A DNA stretch of 64,000 nt from Albugo candida. Its lineage: Eukaryota. The stretch covers positions 372,001 through 436,000 of the forward strand of contig JBDOQK010000006.1 in the NCBI GenBank assembly GCA_040437565.1, given 5' to 3'. The position numbers and the translations under genes were made by a program. The notes under the pieces were generated by a model, which worked only from the letters and a program-made list of their open reading frames with translations, was not told the origin of the DNA and searched no databases. Of this stretch, positions 39,344 through 50,400 are shown in pieces (within the stretch, counting starts at the first letter, position 1; the number at the start of each line of letters is the position of its first letter).

Positions 39344-40965
39344 ATGAGCGACAGCGAAGTGTCCAAACCGCGCATAGTGGTCTTAGGTGGTGCAGGAATG
39401 CTGGGAAGGAATTTTGTCAAATATTGCATAGATAACGATATGTGCTCGTACATTAGAGTTGCAGACAAAACGCTACCTGCAATTGCTTATTTCAATGAGA
39501 TGCACAAAGCGGCGTTTGAAGATGAGCGTGTCGACTTTGTACAGGCTGACCTCACACGAGAAGCACACATCGAACGAGCCTATAACTCCGAGAAGGGTCC
39601 GTATGACTATGTTTTTAATATGGCCGGTGAAACAAAAAGTGGCTTATCGGACGCCATTTATGCATCAAAGGTATGAGTCCCTGTTCGTTTGTTGTACCAC
39701 TAGATTTACCTGTGTATGCAATTCTTATCAGTGCCGAGATTTATCGGTGAAATGCGGTAAGCATTCAATTTACTCTGATGCAATTGTAACTTGATCCCTC
39801 CCTTACTAAGCTTTGTGATATGTTGTAGCCACGATGGCTCAGACGCTTGATTTGAAGCGGTATATTGAGGTTTCAACAGCTTTTGTTTACAAAGGCGAGA
39901 AGAAAAATCCTGCTACAGAAGTGTCCGATTTGCAGCCGTGGACTCGTCAAGCCAGATACAAGCTGGAGGTGAATCAGAATAGTTTAACAGGGAAACTATC
40001 CTTTTGGCCCACTGATTGATTGGCTTCAAGTAGGCAGAAGAAGAAATACGAAAATTAGCGGATATCAAGCTCGTGATTGTACGGCCTGCGATTGTGTATG
40101 GGCCGGCCGACTTTTCTGGCCTTATGCCACGTATCGTTTGTGCGGCATCGTAAGCCTATTTTACAGCAATTTTGGATGTTATTAGAAAATTCTGTAACCT
40201 TCCATTCAGATATGTCAAACTTGAGGAAAAGATGAAGCTTCTTTGGAAAGAAGATATGCGCGTGAATACTGTGAGTCACAGCATAGCTATATTTTTATCG
40301 CGTAATCTCTCAAATTCAATGTCTACATGCAGGTTCACGTCCACGACGTGTGTAGAGCTATGTGGCATCTCACGGAAGCAGGTACTGATGGTGCAATATA
40401 CAATCTGGCTGATAAAAACGACACTAGTAAGCACACGACTTGGAATCACTCTAATCACCCTATATGACACATGCCTTCGATATGTAGATCAGTGCAAAAT
40501 AAATCTGATACTGCAGGAAATATTTGGCATTGAGACAGGATTCCATGGAAAGTTACTATCTGGGCTTGCACGTGTTCGTCTCCCAGAAGTCGTCAACGAT
40601 GCTAACGATAAACACATGCGTCCGTGGTCAGAGCTATGCATGGTATGTGTGGATCGATCTCTTGATGCTTGCGTTGTGCATCTTACGTATGATCGGAATC
40701 TGTTCTAGGAGCATGGTGTGACGAACACACCGCTTACACCGTACATTGACAAGGAACTTTTACAGCATACTCCCCTACATATAGACGGAAGTGCAATCGA
40801 ACGAGAGACTGGATTCGAATACACGCATCCAAATGTAAGCACTCAGCCTAACGATGTCGGAAGTCACATTTTCACAACTCTTCTATTTAGGTCGAAACGG
40901 ATGAAATTCGCGACATTGTGCAACAGATGATTGACCAGAAAATATTTCCTCCAATACTTTGCTGA
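39344..40965 (+). CDS. NAD-dependent epimerase/dehydratase (extended SDR), intron-rich
   Basis: IVVLGGAGMLG Rossmann motif, FNMAGET, EVSTAFVY, YKLEAE, IVRPAIVYG. About eight short introns, including a 25-nt exon at 39732-39756. Confidence 0.85.
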
Positions 40966-41297
40966 ATACAAAGTCATACAGCGCATCTCACGATGAGATA
41001 TTTTATTCCTTGTCACAGTTCCAATTCGATCAGAGTCGTTTCTGATGCCATACTATCAATCCGACCCGCTGTATACTGGCAGCGTCCATCTCGTCAATAC
41101 AGCAAAGACATTATCACAAGAATGATTGCTTGATCGTGGAGACAATGCACAAATAGTGTTACTATCTTGCAGCTTCATAGACCAAATTGTGTCCATGTAA
41201 CGAGCAATTACGTATATTTAGGTTGCATTCGCTTGTGTGTGAATGCATCGCGTCAGATTTTGCTCCAATCACTATCGCATTGTCGAAAAGTTGACAA

Positions 41298-42822
41298 ATG
41301 TCTCTATCTTCTCTAATCTCAAATTCTCGCAATCGCAATGCGAGTCGGATGTCAATATCTAAGCTGATTTTTATCACTGATGTAGAAGGGAACTGGAGGT
41401 ATATGGAGAGACTTTTGCAAATCTCAAAATCTTTTTATCTAGACAAAACCACCCAAGAATTTGCATTAGCCGATGATTCGATGCTCGTCTACGGTGGTGA
41501 TGCGGGTGATAAAGGGATACACACATTGCGCGTATATGCTAAACTAGTTCAGCTGAAGAAAGTGTATCCCGATCGTGTTATTCTGCTCGCTGGTAATCGA
41601 GATATTAATAAGATGCGGTTGATTTCCGAGCTTGTAGATAATAGAGAAATGAATCTAAACTACATGGCAAAAGGTGTGTATGTATGGAACGAGAGCACTT
41701 ATCTCAACAAAGCTGATGATAGAGATTCTCGAGGGACCAATTTGGGTACCTGCTGATAAGCGATTGTCATTACGCAGCTATCTTGAAAGACAAAGCAAAA
41801 TTCACCATAGCGAGCAAGGACTGGACGCCTCTCAGTGGACACCGAAGGATCTAGAAGGTGTCAATACTAAAGTGAATCGACTGAAATGGATGCTGAATTA
41901 CACGATGGGGTCTCAGGGAGATTTCGATCGTCGTCGCCAGGAATTAGCAGAAATGAATGAGAAAGCACCTCACTTGATATCGGATGAGCAAGTATTGCAA
42001 TCGTATTTGGAGAGTGTGTCTCCGAATGGAATAATTCGTCAGTATTTATCACTTGCTCAACTAGCTTTCATCTGCAAGGAATCACTGTTCGTGCACGGAG
42101 GAATTGTCAACGGTGAAAATAACAATAACAATTCATTTTCGGCGTTGGAATTCACACCCCAAGGATTAAAAACCTTCAGCTCAATTCATGCTTGGGCTCA
42201 AGCACTCAATGATTGGAATCGTGCTCAAATCACGGATTGGGTCGTTTGTCCATTTTGGAGTGAAGATCATGGAACACGCGGTGGGAATCATCTCATGACA
42301 TATGCTCTACCCGACTACCATCCCATCAGCGTAGTAATGGGAAGGCATTTAAATGCATCCGGCATGCCAGTGCAACTACCATATAGTGTTGCGAAGAAAC
42401 TAGCAGACAATGGGATCAAGAGGCTGATAGTAGGTCATACCCCACATGGTAATTGTCCAACTGTGATTCCACAAACGGATGACACATCCTTCCAGCATGT
42501 CATTATGGCAGATACAAGTTACAGTGACATGAAAGCGGAAGATAATCGTGGGGCTGCCGCATCAGAAATCGTTGTTGTAGACGTGACAACTCATCATGGT
42601 ACGATTGTCAATGTTCATGGTGTACTCGAGAATGAACGTTGCATTCGATACACGCTGGTTGAATCATCCTTGGTCGGCAGAGCCCTGAAGGACCGCTCCA
42701 TGATCAAAGCCAAGATTGAGTCGGAATCGGCACCAGAGTATTTATCTTTTTCAGTGAAAAACAGATTTGACTTTCACTACGCTGTAAAATCGGGCAAGGA
42801 TGTTGAAGAAGAGCTTACATAA
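41298..42822 (+). CDS. Calcineurin-like metallophosphoesterase with atypical motifs
   Basis: TDVEGN, GGDAGDKG, LAGNRD, FVHGG, VGHTPHG, MADTS. One intron at ~41675-41724. Confidence 0.8.
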
Positions 42823-42958
42823 GCGTTTAGGATACGATGCCGCTCTACCAACGTCTTGACGCAGTTTCCTGACGTGTTGATGTAAACTTGTTTTCATTCA
42901 ATTTATCTCACGAATTACAGTCTGTCTCAATCGCATATCTTGGCAGAGTAAAATCTAC

Positions 42959-44380
42959 TCACACTTGACGTTTTCCTTGCTTTTTCTCAGTATACTTGAA
43001 GTGAATAATTTTGTTGGTCATCAAGGTCAGTGCAATGACCACAGACATGATGCCGCTAAGTATACCAAGCAAGGGAATGAATTCGAAAGCTTCATTGGCA
43101 TACACTTCTTCCAAAAATGCATGAATTCTGTTGTCATTTGGATGTGTTGTTGCTCTCGAGTGCTTTCTTCTTCGTAGATGCTCTTCTTCTATCAATGGAG
43201 GAGGTATTATGGATCTATCATATGTGCAATCATCACCAACATAATTACTCAGGGTAGTGGAGTATTCTTCCACTGGTAATTCCCAAGGAGCAGGTTTTGG
43301 AAGTAATTGCTGCATGAATTGTTGTATAATACGTGAAGTCTCGTCATCATCGAATGCATCATTTAGAGCCAGTAACACTTCTGGTACACGATTGTCCAGA
43401 ATACTTTCCAAGTACCGCTCCAGCTGTTGCTGCGACATTTCACTCCCTCGCAGATATTTGTAGTCTTCTGATTCCAATATCGGGTTCCACTCGTAAGGGA
43501 TATTCAGCAATTTGCTCCCTTCTTCCTGCATGTATATATGATGCAGCAGAGGGATATTGACATCGCTTGCATTTCGTTCTTGATGCGATAATGTCTGATT
43601 CAAAATCTTCCCAAATTTAGTGTGCAGATTTTTAAAAGCTTCACGAGAGTATACATACGGAGCATGCTTGATAAAATTGTACACATGTTGTCCTCCATAA
43701 TGTGCATCAGTCAGAGCCACAGTCTTTCGCACACTTGATAACCAGACGCTGCGATGCGGGTCCGTCACGTGTCGAATGGAATCCATTTCGGAAAAAAAGC
43801 GTATTCCTCCACCGCATGTAAAAAGCCGATGTGGACTAATAGATTTCACGTACAAATAGTCATCATTCATGTGTAGGAATATATCGCTCAAACTAGGAAT
43901 CTTATACAGATATTGCTCAATCACATTTGTATCGAAATTGGGCAAAACCAGGTTTGCAGAGTCCTTGGGGAGAAGATCATCTTGGTCAATGATACGGATC
44001 CGCGGATTCGAGCGATCCAGCCAGGCAGGAATTTGACCCGGAGTCACAATGAAGATTGGTCCATCCAGAAATGACGCAAATGTATGCAAAGAACGCAAAG
44101 AGTATTTCAATTCACCGAAATCTTGGCCTCTCTCCGGCCGCAAATGATTATCCTCGCGGCGTTTTTTGTAACAGACTTCCGATTTATTGACCCACGTGTA
44201 AACGATTGCGCTGAGGCGTAAGCTGTCGTAGTTCGCGATATCGCACTCGAAAGAATCGGAACTTTCCAGAAATGCAGATGATGCCACGTCAGCTATCAGT
44301 ATTGGAGGATTATCTTTCAGGAAATATAGAAGGGTACACAAGCTGATACAGCTTGCGAGTAGAGCGTAAAGGTTTCGCAT
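42959..44380 (-). CDS. Stealth-family hexose-1-phosphate transferase with N- and C-terminal hydrophobic segments
   Basis: CR1 AIVYTWVN; CR2 ELKYSLRSL..IPAWL..IEQYLYKIPSLSDIFLHMNDDY; CR3 KHAPY; CR4 LALND. Confidence 0.9.
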   Translation of the reverse strand: MRNLYALLASCISLCTLLYFLKDNPPILIADVASSAFLESSDSFECDIANYDSLRLSAIVYTWVNKSEVCYKKRREDNHLRPERGQDFGELKYSLRSLHTFASFLDGPIFIVTPGQIPAWLDRSNPRIRIIDQDDLLPKDSANLVLPNFDTNVIEQYLYKIPSLSDIFLHMNDDYLYVKSISPHRLFTCGGGIRFFSEMDSIRHVTDPHRSVWLSSVRKTVALTDAHYGGQHVYNFIKHAPYVYSREAFKNLHTKFGKILNQTLSHQERNASDVNIPLLHHIYMQEEGSKLLNIPYEWNPILESEDYKYLRGSEMSQQQLERYLESILDNRVPEVLLALNDAFDDDETSRIIQQFMQQLLPKPAPWELPVEEYSTTLSNYVGDDCTYDRSIIPPPLIEEEHLRRRKHSRATTHPNDNRIHAFLEEVYANEAFEFIPLLGILSGIMSVVIALTLMTNKIIHFKYTEKKQGKRQV

Positions 44381-44591
44381 CTGTTTTGAAATTGATGGAA
44401 ATAGNNNNNNNNNNNNNNNNNNNNNNNNNNNNNNNNNNNNNNNNNNNNNNNNNNNNNNNNNNNNNNNNNNNNNNNNNNNNNNNNNNNNNNNNNNNNNNNN
44501 NNNNTTCGCATCTGTTTTGAAATTGATGGAAATAGGGCAAGATGAAAATCATTTACATAATATTTGGCAAGAAATCAAAATATACAGTTGG

Positions 44592-45515
44592 CTAAATCTC
44601 TCCCATCAAAGCATTGACCACTTGCTGGACGTCGCCTTTAAGCTGCTCCAACAGTTCGTACGCTCGAGCATCTTCGATGCTTGGAAGCACGCTTTGAACA
44701 ACCGCAACCTCGCTCGCCCATTGCTTTTCTTCGATCACATGTGCGGTATCAGTCGCTGCTTTTTCGGATTGAACATCAACGTCCTCGGCTCCAAGTGCTC
44801 GTCCTGCGGCTGCTTCCGCTGGGATTTCAGCAACTTTCTCCCAATCGCTCTCATCATTGCTATCCTGTTTAGTGAAGGGTTTGTCGCTTTGAAGCTCCTC
44901 TGAATCTTCTGCTCTTGCAGCTTGAGCATTCTTGCCCACAATATCTTGAGCGTACGAGCTAATGCTTTCGGCAACAGAACTCAATCCCTCTGCGGTTTCT
45001 TTCAGCACTTGATCAAAACTAATTTCTTGCATGTTTTGGCGGGCCATGATGATTGATTCACGGGCACCATCAGCGACCTGTTTGACGGCGACTCTTGTAT
45101 GGGCAACACCATTATGGGCCTTTTGTGCCCATTCCTCGTTCTTGACCTTATCCATTGCTATGTTTAATGTTTCCATAAGTTTATCAATGGCTTTAAGAAT
45201 TGGTTCAGCCACACTTTCTTGGAAAACAGCCTGATGGCGCAAAATCGCATTAAATCGAAGCACCTTCGAGTCGGTCGTCTCCCCATTAGTATGCAATTGA
45301 CGTGCTTCGTCGAATTCAGCATCGGTGACAACATTCAGATAGTCGCCTTCGGAGTCTTTGTATTGAATAATGTACGCTCCTGGGGATAATTTAAACGTTC
45401 TTATGAACGCATTATGCAACTCCTCGAGAGTTAATGCTTCCAAATTGATTCGAATACGATGAACCTCCCCCTTAAAAACCAATTTTAGTGGAGCAGTAGA
45501 TGCAGCTATCGACAT
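44592..45515 (-). CDS. PB1 plus LIR plus UBA/CUE-like protein (p62/NBR1-like)
   Basis: PB1 LKLVFKGEVHRI..YKDSEGDYLNV; acidic DESDWEKV; C-terminal AYELLEQLKGDVQQVVNAL. Confidence 0.75.
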   Translation of the reverse strand: MSIAASTAPLKLVFKGEVHRIRINLEALTLEELHNAFIRTFKLSPGAYIIQYKDSEGDYLNVVTDAEFDEARQLHTNGETTDSKVLRFNAILRHQAVFQESVAEPILKAIDKLMETLNIAMDKVKNEEWAQKAHNGVAHTRVAVKQVADGARESIIMARQNMQEISFDQVLKETAEGLSSVAESISSYAQDIVGKNAQAARAEDSEELQSDKPFTKQDSNDESDWEKVAEIPAEAAAGRALGAEDVDVQSEKAATDTAHVIEEKQWASEVAVVQSVLPSIEDARAYELLEQLKGDVQQVVNALMGEI

Positions 45516-45718
45516 GGTTGTGTTCGTGGGTAAGAAAAATAATGAGTTATGTAGTAGAAGGGCGGATAGAACAAAGCCTTTCCAGTCAGCCGGGTCTCAT
45601 ACAGGCCACCTCACACTATCGATTTCTTGAAACCCTACCTGCCCCCCCTGTCGTGGCTACAATCAATCGATAGGAATTTCGCATACAGCTCAATTGAATT
45701 ATGATTTCATAGTTGAGA

Positions 45719-47065
45719 TTATGCTCGAAGTCTCGGTTGTTTGACTGTGGCCGCACTCAACTGAAGAAATATGAGAAAGAATATGTACAGAATCAGTAAT
45801 CCAATGCTCGTAGTCAGTGCACGTCGACTAGTTTGAAAGAAGGAAAGCATAGTCTCCTGCAAGTCTTTGTGCTCGACAAAAGTTCCCGTCTTTTTCGACT
45901 GTGTGACTAAGAACTGATGAATGACGTTGCAATCTGTCGGATTGATTGATGTTTGATTGCGAGCTGCTTCATCTGGACGCTCCATCTGAGTCGCGTGGGG
46001 GTACAAAGTACTTAGTAACTTGATGGTCGCGTTTCTATCGGAATTGTCATTTAATGCGAGAAATGTATGCCTGACGCCCGAGCTTCCCAAATCTCCAATT
46101 TGGTGGCTCGCTGATGGGTAGAGTACCTTGTAATTCATCCATTCCTCTAGAGTGAGTAATGTAAAGTCAATCTCAAGCTCTTGGTTCCCTTGATGGAGCA
46201 TATAATAATGGTGAAGTAGCGGTAGAACCAAGTCATCTCCTTTACGGCTCTGTTGACGCAAAAAGTCGCCGAAAATGTCATTCACTCGATACATTGCGCG
46301 ACGACTGTACATGCGTGGGGCATTTTTGAGAACGTATACTTTCCGCGTTCGCCCCCACTGTTTCCCAACTTCCATCTGTGTACGGATTGTGGATTTCGAC
46401 AAGAATCCAAGCTGGGTTTTGTAGTGTTTGTATGGCAGCAGATTCGCCGTAATGGCAAGCGGTCTGATACCTCCATTGCAGGTGAAGAGATCGTGAGGGT
46501 CCGTGGCATTGAGAAATAAAAAGTCTCCATTCATATGTATGTAAAATTCCGATAGACCAGGAATCCGATGCAAATACTGTTCGACCACGGCGCTATGCAT
46601 ACCCTGAAGCAGGTCATCCTGATTGATCAGTTGGATACGAGGGTGACGTGTATTCAGCCAGCGTGGGAGATGGAACGGAGTCACGATATAAATCCTACCC
46701 AGAAACCACGGCATCGATTCGGATAAGGAGCGTATCGAATGCCTCACTATCTCATCGAATTGATCACTGGAATCATTGACCCCAATATTCCTAACAAATG
46801 TGTCGTTCTTGTCACGATAGCAGCGTGAGCTTGCGTTGGGCCAACTGTACACAATCGATGAACGCCGTAACTTCTCAAACGATTTGATCACACACTTGCC
46901 AGGATACATTGCTTCAAAGTCGATAGAGACCTCAGTGTACTTGGCTTTGTGCTGTATATTAAATCCGAGCCCAGGTAGGTCGAGTCGAGACACGTACATC
47001 AGTAAGCCGACGATAGACAAAAAGCCTCCACAAAATGCAGTCAACGCGATTTTGGCAAAACTCAT
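45719..47065 (-). CDS. Second Stealth-family paralogue with degenerate motifs
   Basis: SIVYSWPN, RHSIRSL..PWFLGRIYIVTP..PRWL, VVEQYLHRIPGLSEFYIHMNGDF, NAPRMY, FLALNDN. Confidence 0.85.
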   Translation of the reverse strand: MSFAKIALTAFCGGFLSIVGLLMYVSRLDLPGLGFNIQHKAKYTEVSIDFEAMYPGKCVIKSFEKLRRSSIVYSWPNASSRCYRDKNDTFVRNIGVNDSSDQFDEIVRHSIRSLSESMPWFLGRIYIVTPFHLPRWLNTRHPRIQLINQDDLLQGMHSAVVEQYLHRIPGLSEFYIHMNGDFLFLNATDPHDLFTCNGGIRPLAITANLLPYKHYKTQLGFLSKSTIRTQMEVGKQWGRTRKVYVLKNAPRMYSRRAMYRVNDIFGDFLRQQSRKGDDLVLPLLHHYYMLHQGNQELEIDFTLLTLEEWMNYKVLYPSASHQIGDLGSSGVRHTFLALNDNSDRNATIKLLSTLYPHATQMERPDEAARNQTSINPTDCNVIHQFLVTQSKKTGTFVEHKDLQETMLSFFQTSRRALTTSIGLLILYIFFLIFLQLSAATVKQPRLRA

Positions 47066-47421
47066 CGATCTCACACGTTCAGCTCACAAAAAAACAAAAA
47101 GTGATTCTGCGCACCAGTGGAATTCTTCGCAACTATCGAATCGAAATTGTGCAACATTTTTAAGAAAATTCGCGTTCGAATTAATAATGCGTGCAACTGT
47201 CGCCTCACTGCATTTAGTGGCTCAGGTTTACGCGAGCACGAGAATGGATCCAATTTTCCAAAACCTTTATAAATGCGGAATTCTCTATGTCTTCGCTGCC
47301 ATCAATTGCTCATAGGATCACATATATAGACTTCTGACCAAGCCTGTAGCATTCTCAATACTGCCGTACCAAACGGATAGCATGCTGACCCCAGTAAATG
47401 CATCACAAATTGCCATCCAAG

Positions 47422-50400
47422 CTATCGAACATCAGCTCGATTCCACGTACTAATCCCACGCTTTGGATGACTGTAATAATACTTCCCAGGAACACTTCGC
47501 GATTCGCGTTTGATCCAGCCCGGTGGAAGCTTTTCAAAATTCTCTGGATGTTGAGCTTGCTGACTAGCACGTTTTTCCATCTCTTCTGGATGGAAATAAC
47601 ATATTTCTTTAAACATGAGCTCTTTCAATTCTGCTTCATCCAATCCGTCCAAATCGAAATAATGAAATGGTTCGACTTGCAAACTCTCTTTTTCTTCACT
47701 GTAATACGCACTCAAATATGGATGTCGCAGAGCGTCCATGACAGAGATTCGTTTGTCGACATCAAACACGAGCATTTTCCAAAGCAAATCTACTGCTTCG
47801 GGATTCGCATTTGGGAATAAAGTCGACACATCCATCCCGGCAACAGCATGCGTCTGACTGAGTAATTGTCGGCCTTTCAATTTGTTAGCTTGGGGATTCT
47901 CAATGAAGGAGTGCTCTTCAGGGACGCCTAGAACGTTCATAATCAGCTGTAATTGATGCACGTACGTTTCTCCAGGAAATAAGGGTTTGCGTCCCAGCAT
48001 TTCGGCAAAAATACAGCCTGCCGCCCACAAGTCGACACCTTCTCCATAGGTGCTTCCAAGCAATAACTCGGGTGCGCGATACCATCGAGTCACAACGTAT
48101 TCTGTCATTCCAACATCGTCCCATTCCTTTGTGCGTGCCAATCCAAAATCACAGATTTTCAGTTGGCAATCGGAATTAATCAATAAATTACTTGGCTTTA
48201 AATCTCGATGAAGAACTCCCGCCTTGTGCATATGACTCAGACCGCTCAGTATTTGGTAGAGGAAATATCGAATGTGATCATCCAAAAGGATTTCTTTGGA
48301 GTAAATGATGCGATGTAGATCCATTTCCATGAGGTCGATAGTCATATACACATCGCGAAAGTCCGTATACGACGGCGGTGGGATCAGATCCATCAAGCTC
48401 AAGATATTCTCATGCATCATATGACGGATCAGTCGGACTTCACGAAGTATCTGCTTCAATTGGTGAAGATGCCAAATGCAGTCAATCACTTTTTTGATAG
48501 CCACATTTCCACCAGTAAGTGTATTTGTCGCAGCAATTACAATCCCATAAGCTCCTCGACCGCAAACTTTAATCAGCTGATAATGGCGAGGAATAGTAAA
48601 TGGAGCTCCACAGACGATAAAAGTGTGCATCGCGTCGTTGTCTTTGCAGACAATCGAGTCGATCGATGGTTTCATTGGAGACGGGAAGCGTTGATGAACA
48701 GTGGAAGTCTTTGTTGCATTCACACAACCGGCTGAATGCGAGCGTTGTTCATTTGCTTCCGGAGATAGTCGAACATGCGCCCATCCGTGTCGTCTTTGGC
48801 TGCTGGATTGACTAGTTGTGCTTTTGGGGTTGGGCTGATACTCCATATTGGCTGATACTCCATCCAAAGTATGGCTGAGACTTCTATTCTCTCTTGAATC
48901 CTCCCGCTCATCATCGACTGGCACCGATCGATTGCTGCTTGGACGCCATTGTAACGCGTACGATCCTGTAGTTGTCAAACATGAATCCGACGCGCAAGTA
49001 TTCGGTTTGTACTCATCTATCTGACGATCGTGTTCCCAGGAATGCGGCTCGAGCTGATTCTCAGTGAGCGGGCTGCACACTTGTGGAGAAACCTTGACAC
49101 CTGATCCACCGGGCGATACTGACCGACATGAGATTCCGAGTAAGATTTTACCGCAGTATTCCCCTTTGGTATTACTCAGCGTGTACCATCGACTATCGGA
49201 AGCGATCGCGATTTCCTCATCTCTTTTGGAAAGGTTTCGAGCTGACATCAGATATCGAGCGATATTCACAGTGGCTTGGGCTACTTTTCCATCCGATCCC
49301 GATACAGCTATCCCAAGCTTTACACGTCCGTGGTCGACCAACTCAATCAGCAGGGAGCATGTTCCAATGACATCTGAAAATGGTAGCATGATCATGTGGT
49401 TCCATAAAGGATTGGTCGTTTCTATCTCAAAGTCACCCAAATCTCGCGGTGGGCCGGTCATATTGTGGAATTGATCCGTATGGGCTCCAGAAGTATGGTT
49501 AGACGACTCGTAGGATGGTAAGCTGTTTGCAGCAGTGGCTGCAGCCGCATGCAGTAAATTGATTCCGGTGTTCAGTTTTCGCGTCAAACTCACCGGAACA
49601 GCGATTCCAGCAATCATAGTCGATGCAGTACCGGAAATTCGATGTGCATCGCAGATTCCACGAACGCGTTGTTCTTTTTCTCCATGGATGACCGATAAGC
49701 GCACTCTTGGAGATTTGATGGGTCTTTTTTGTGTGGAGCCCGTTTTGATTCCATTCCCTTGCATGACACGTACAACCAGCACTCCATGTTTTCCATGTTC
49801 CGCATCCACTTCATTGAAATCCTGTGGCAATTTTAACGTCGTTGCTGCTCCAGGGACCTTGAATACTGCTGACGCAGCGACTACATCGCCGTTGATCTCG
49901 AATCGCGTCAGTTTTCCATTTTCAGAAAATGTGAATTTATGGACCCAATTTTGAATGAATTTCCGTCGATCTTTTTGGTTCTCCATTTCTTCTTTCCCGG
50001 AAGCCACTGCGATAGAGTTTTCCACGCTGAGTCCTCCAATCTTGAAATTGGTCCAGATCGTGTGTTTCGCAAACTCATTCATAAAGGTGACGACACCCTC
50101 GTGACCTCGATACGCGCCATGGAAGGGAACCGAAGGTGGGTAATTGGAGCAGAAAATGACATCTTTATCCAAGAGACGAAAGAATCGGGTAAATACTTGC
50201 TCGGATGGAGGTGGGAGCGTCACAGCCATATCGCCGTCAGTTCTCCAGCTCCCATAATACGCTGTATATAGCACCACCAACATGGCGTAAAACTCCTCCA
50301 TATCGAGCGGTGTCACTGGCAAACCGGGTAATGCGACGAGTGCTTCGAGACCCAAACGCATCCAAATCACTTTTTCTACCGGGTTGCTAGCATTCAGCTG

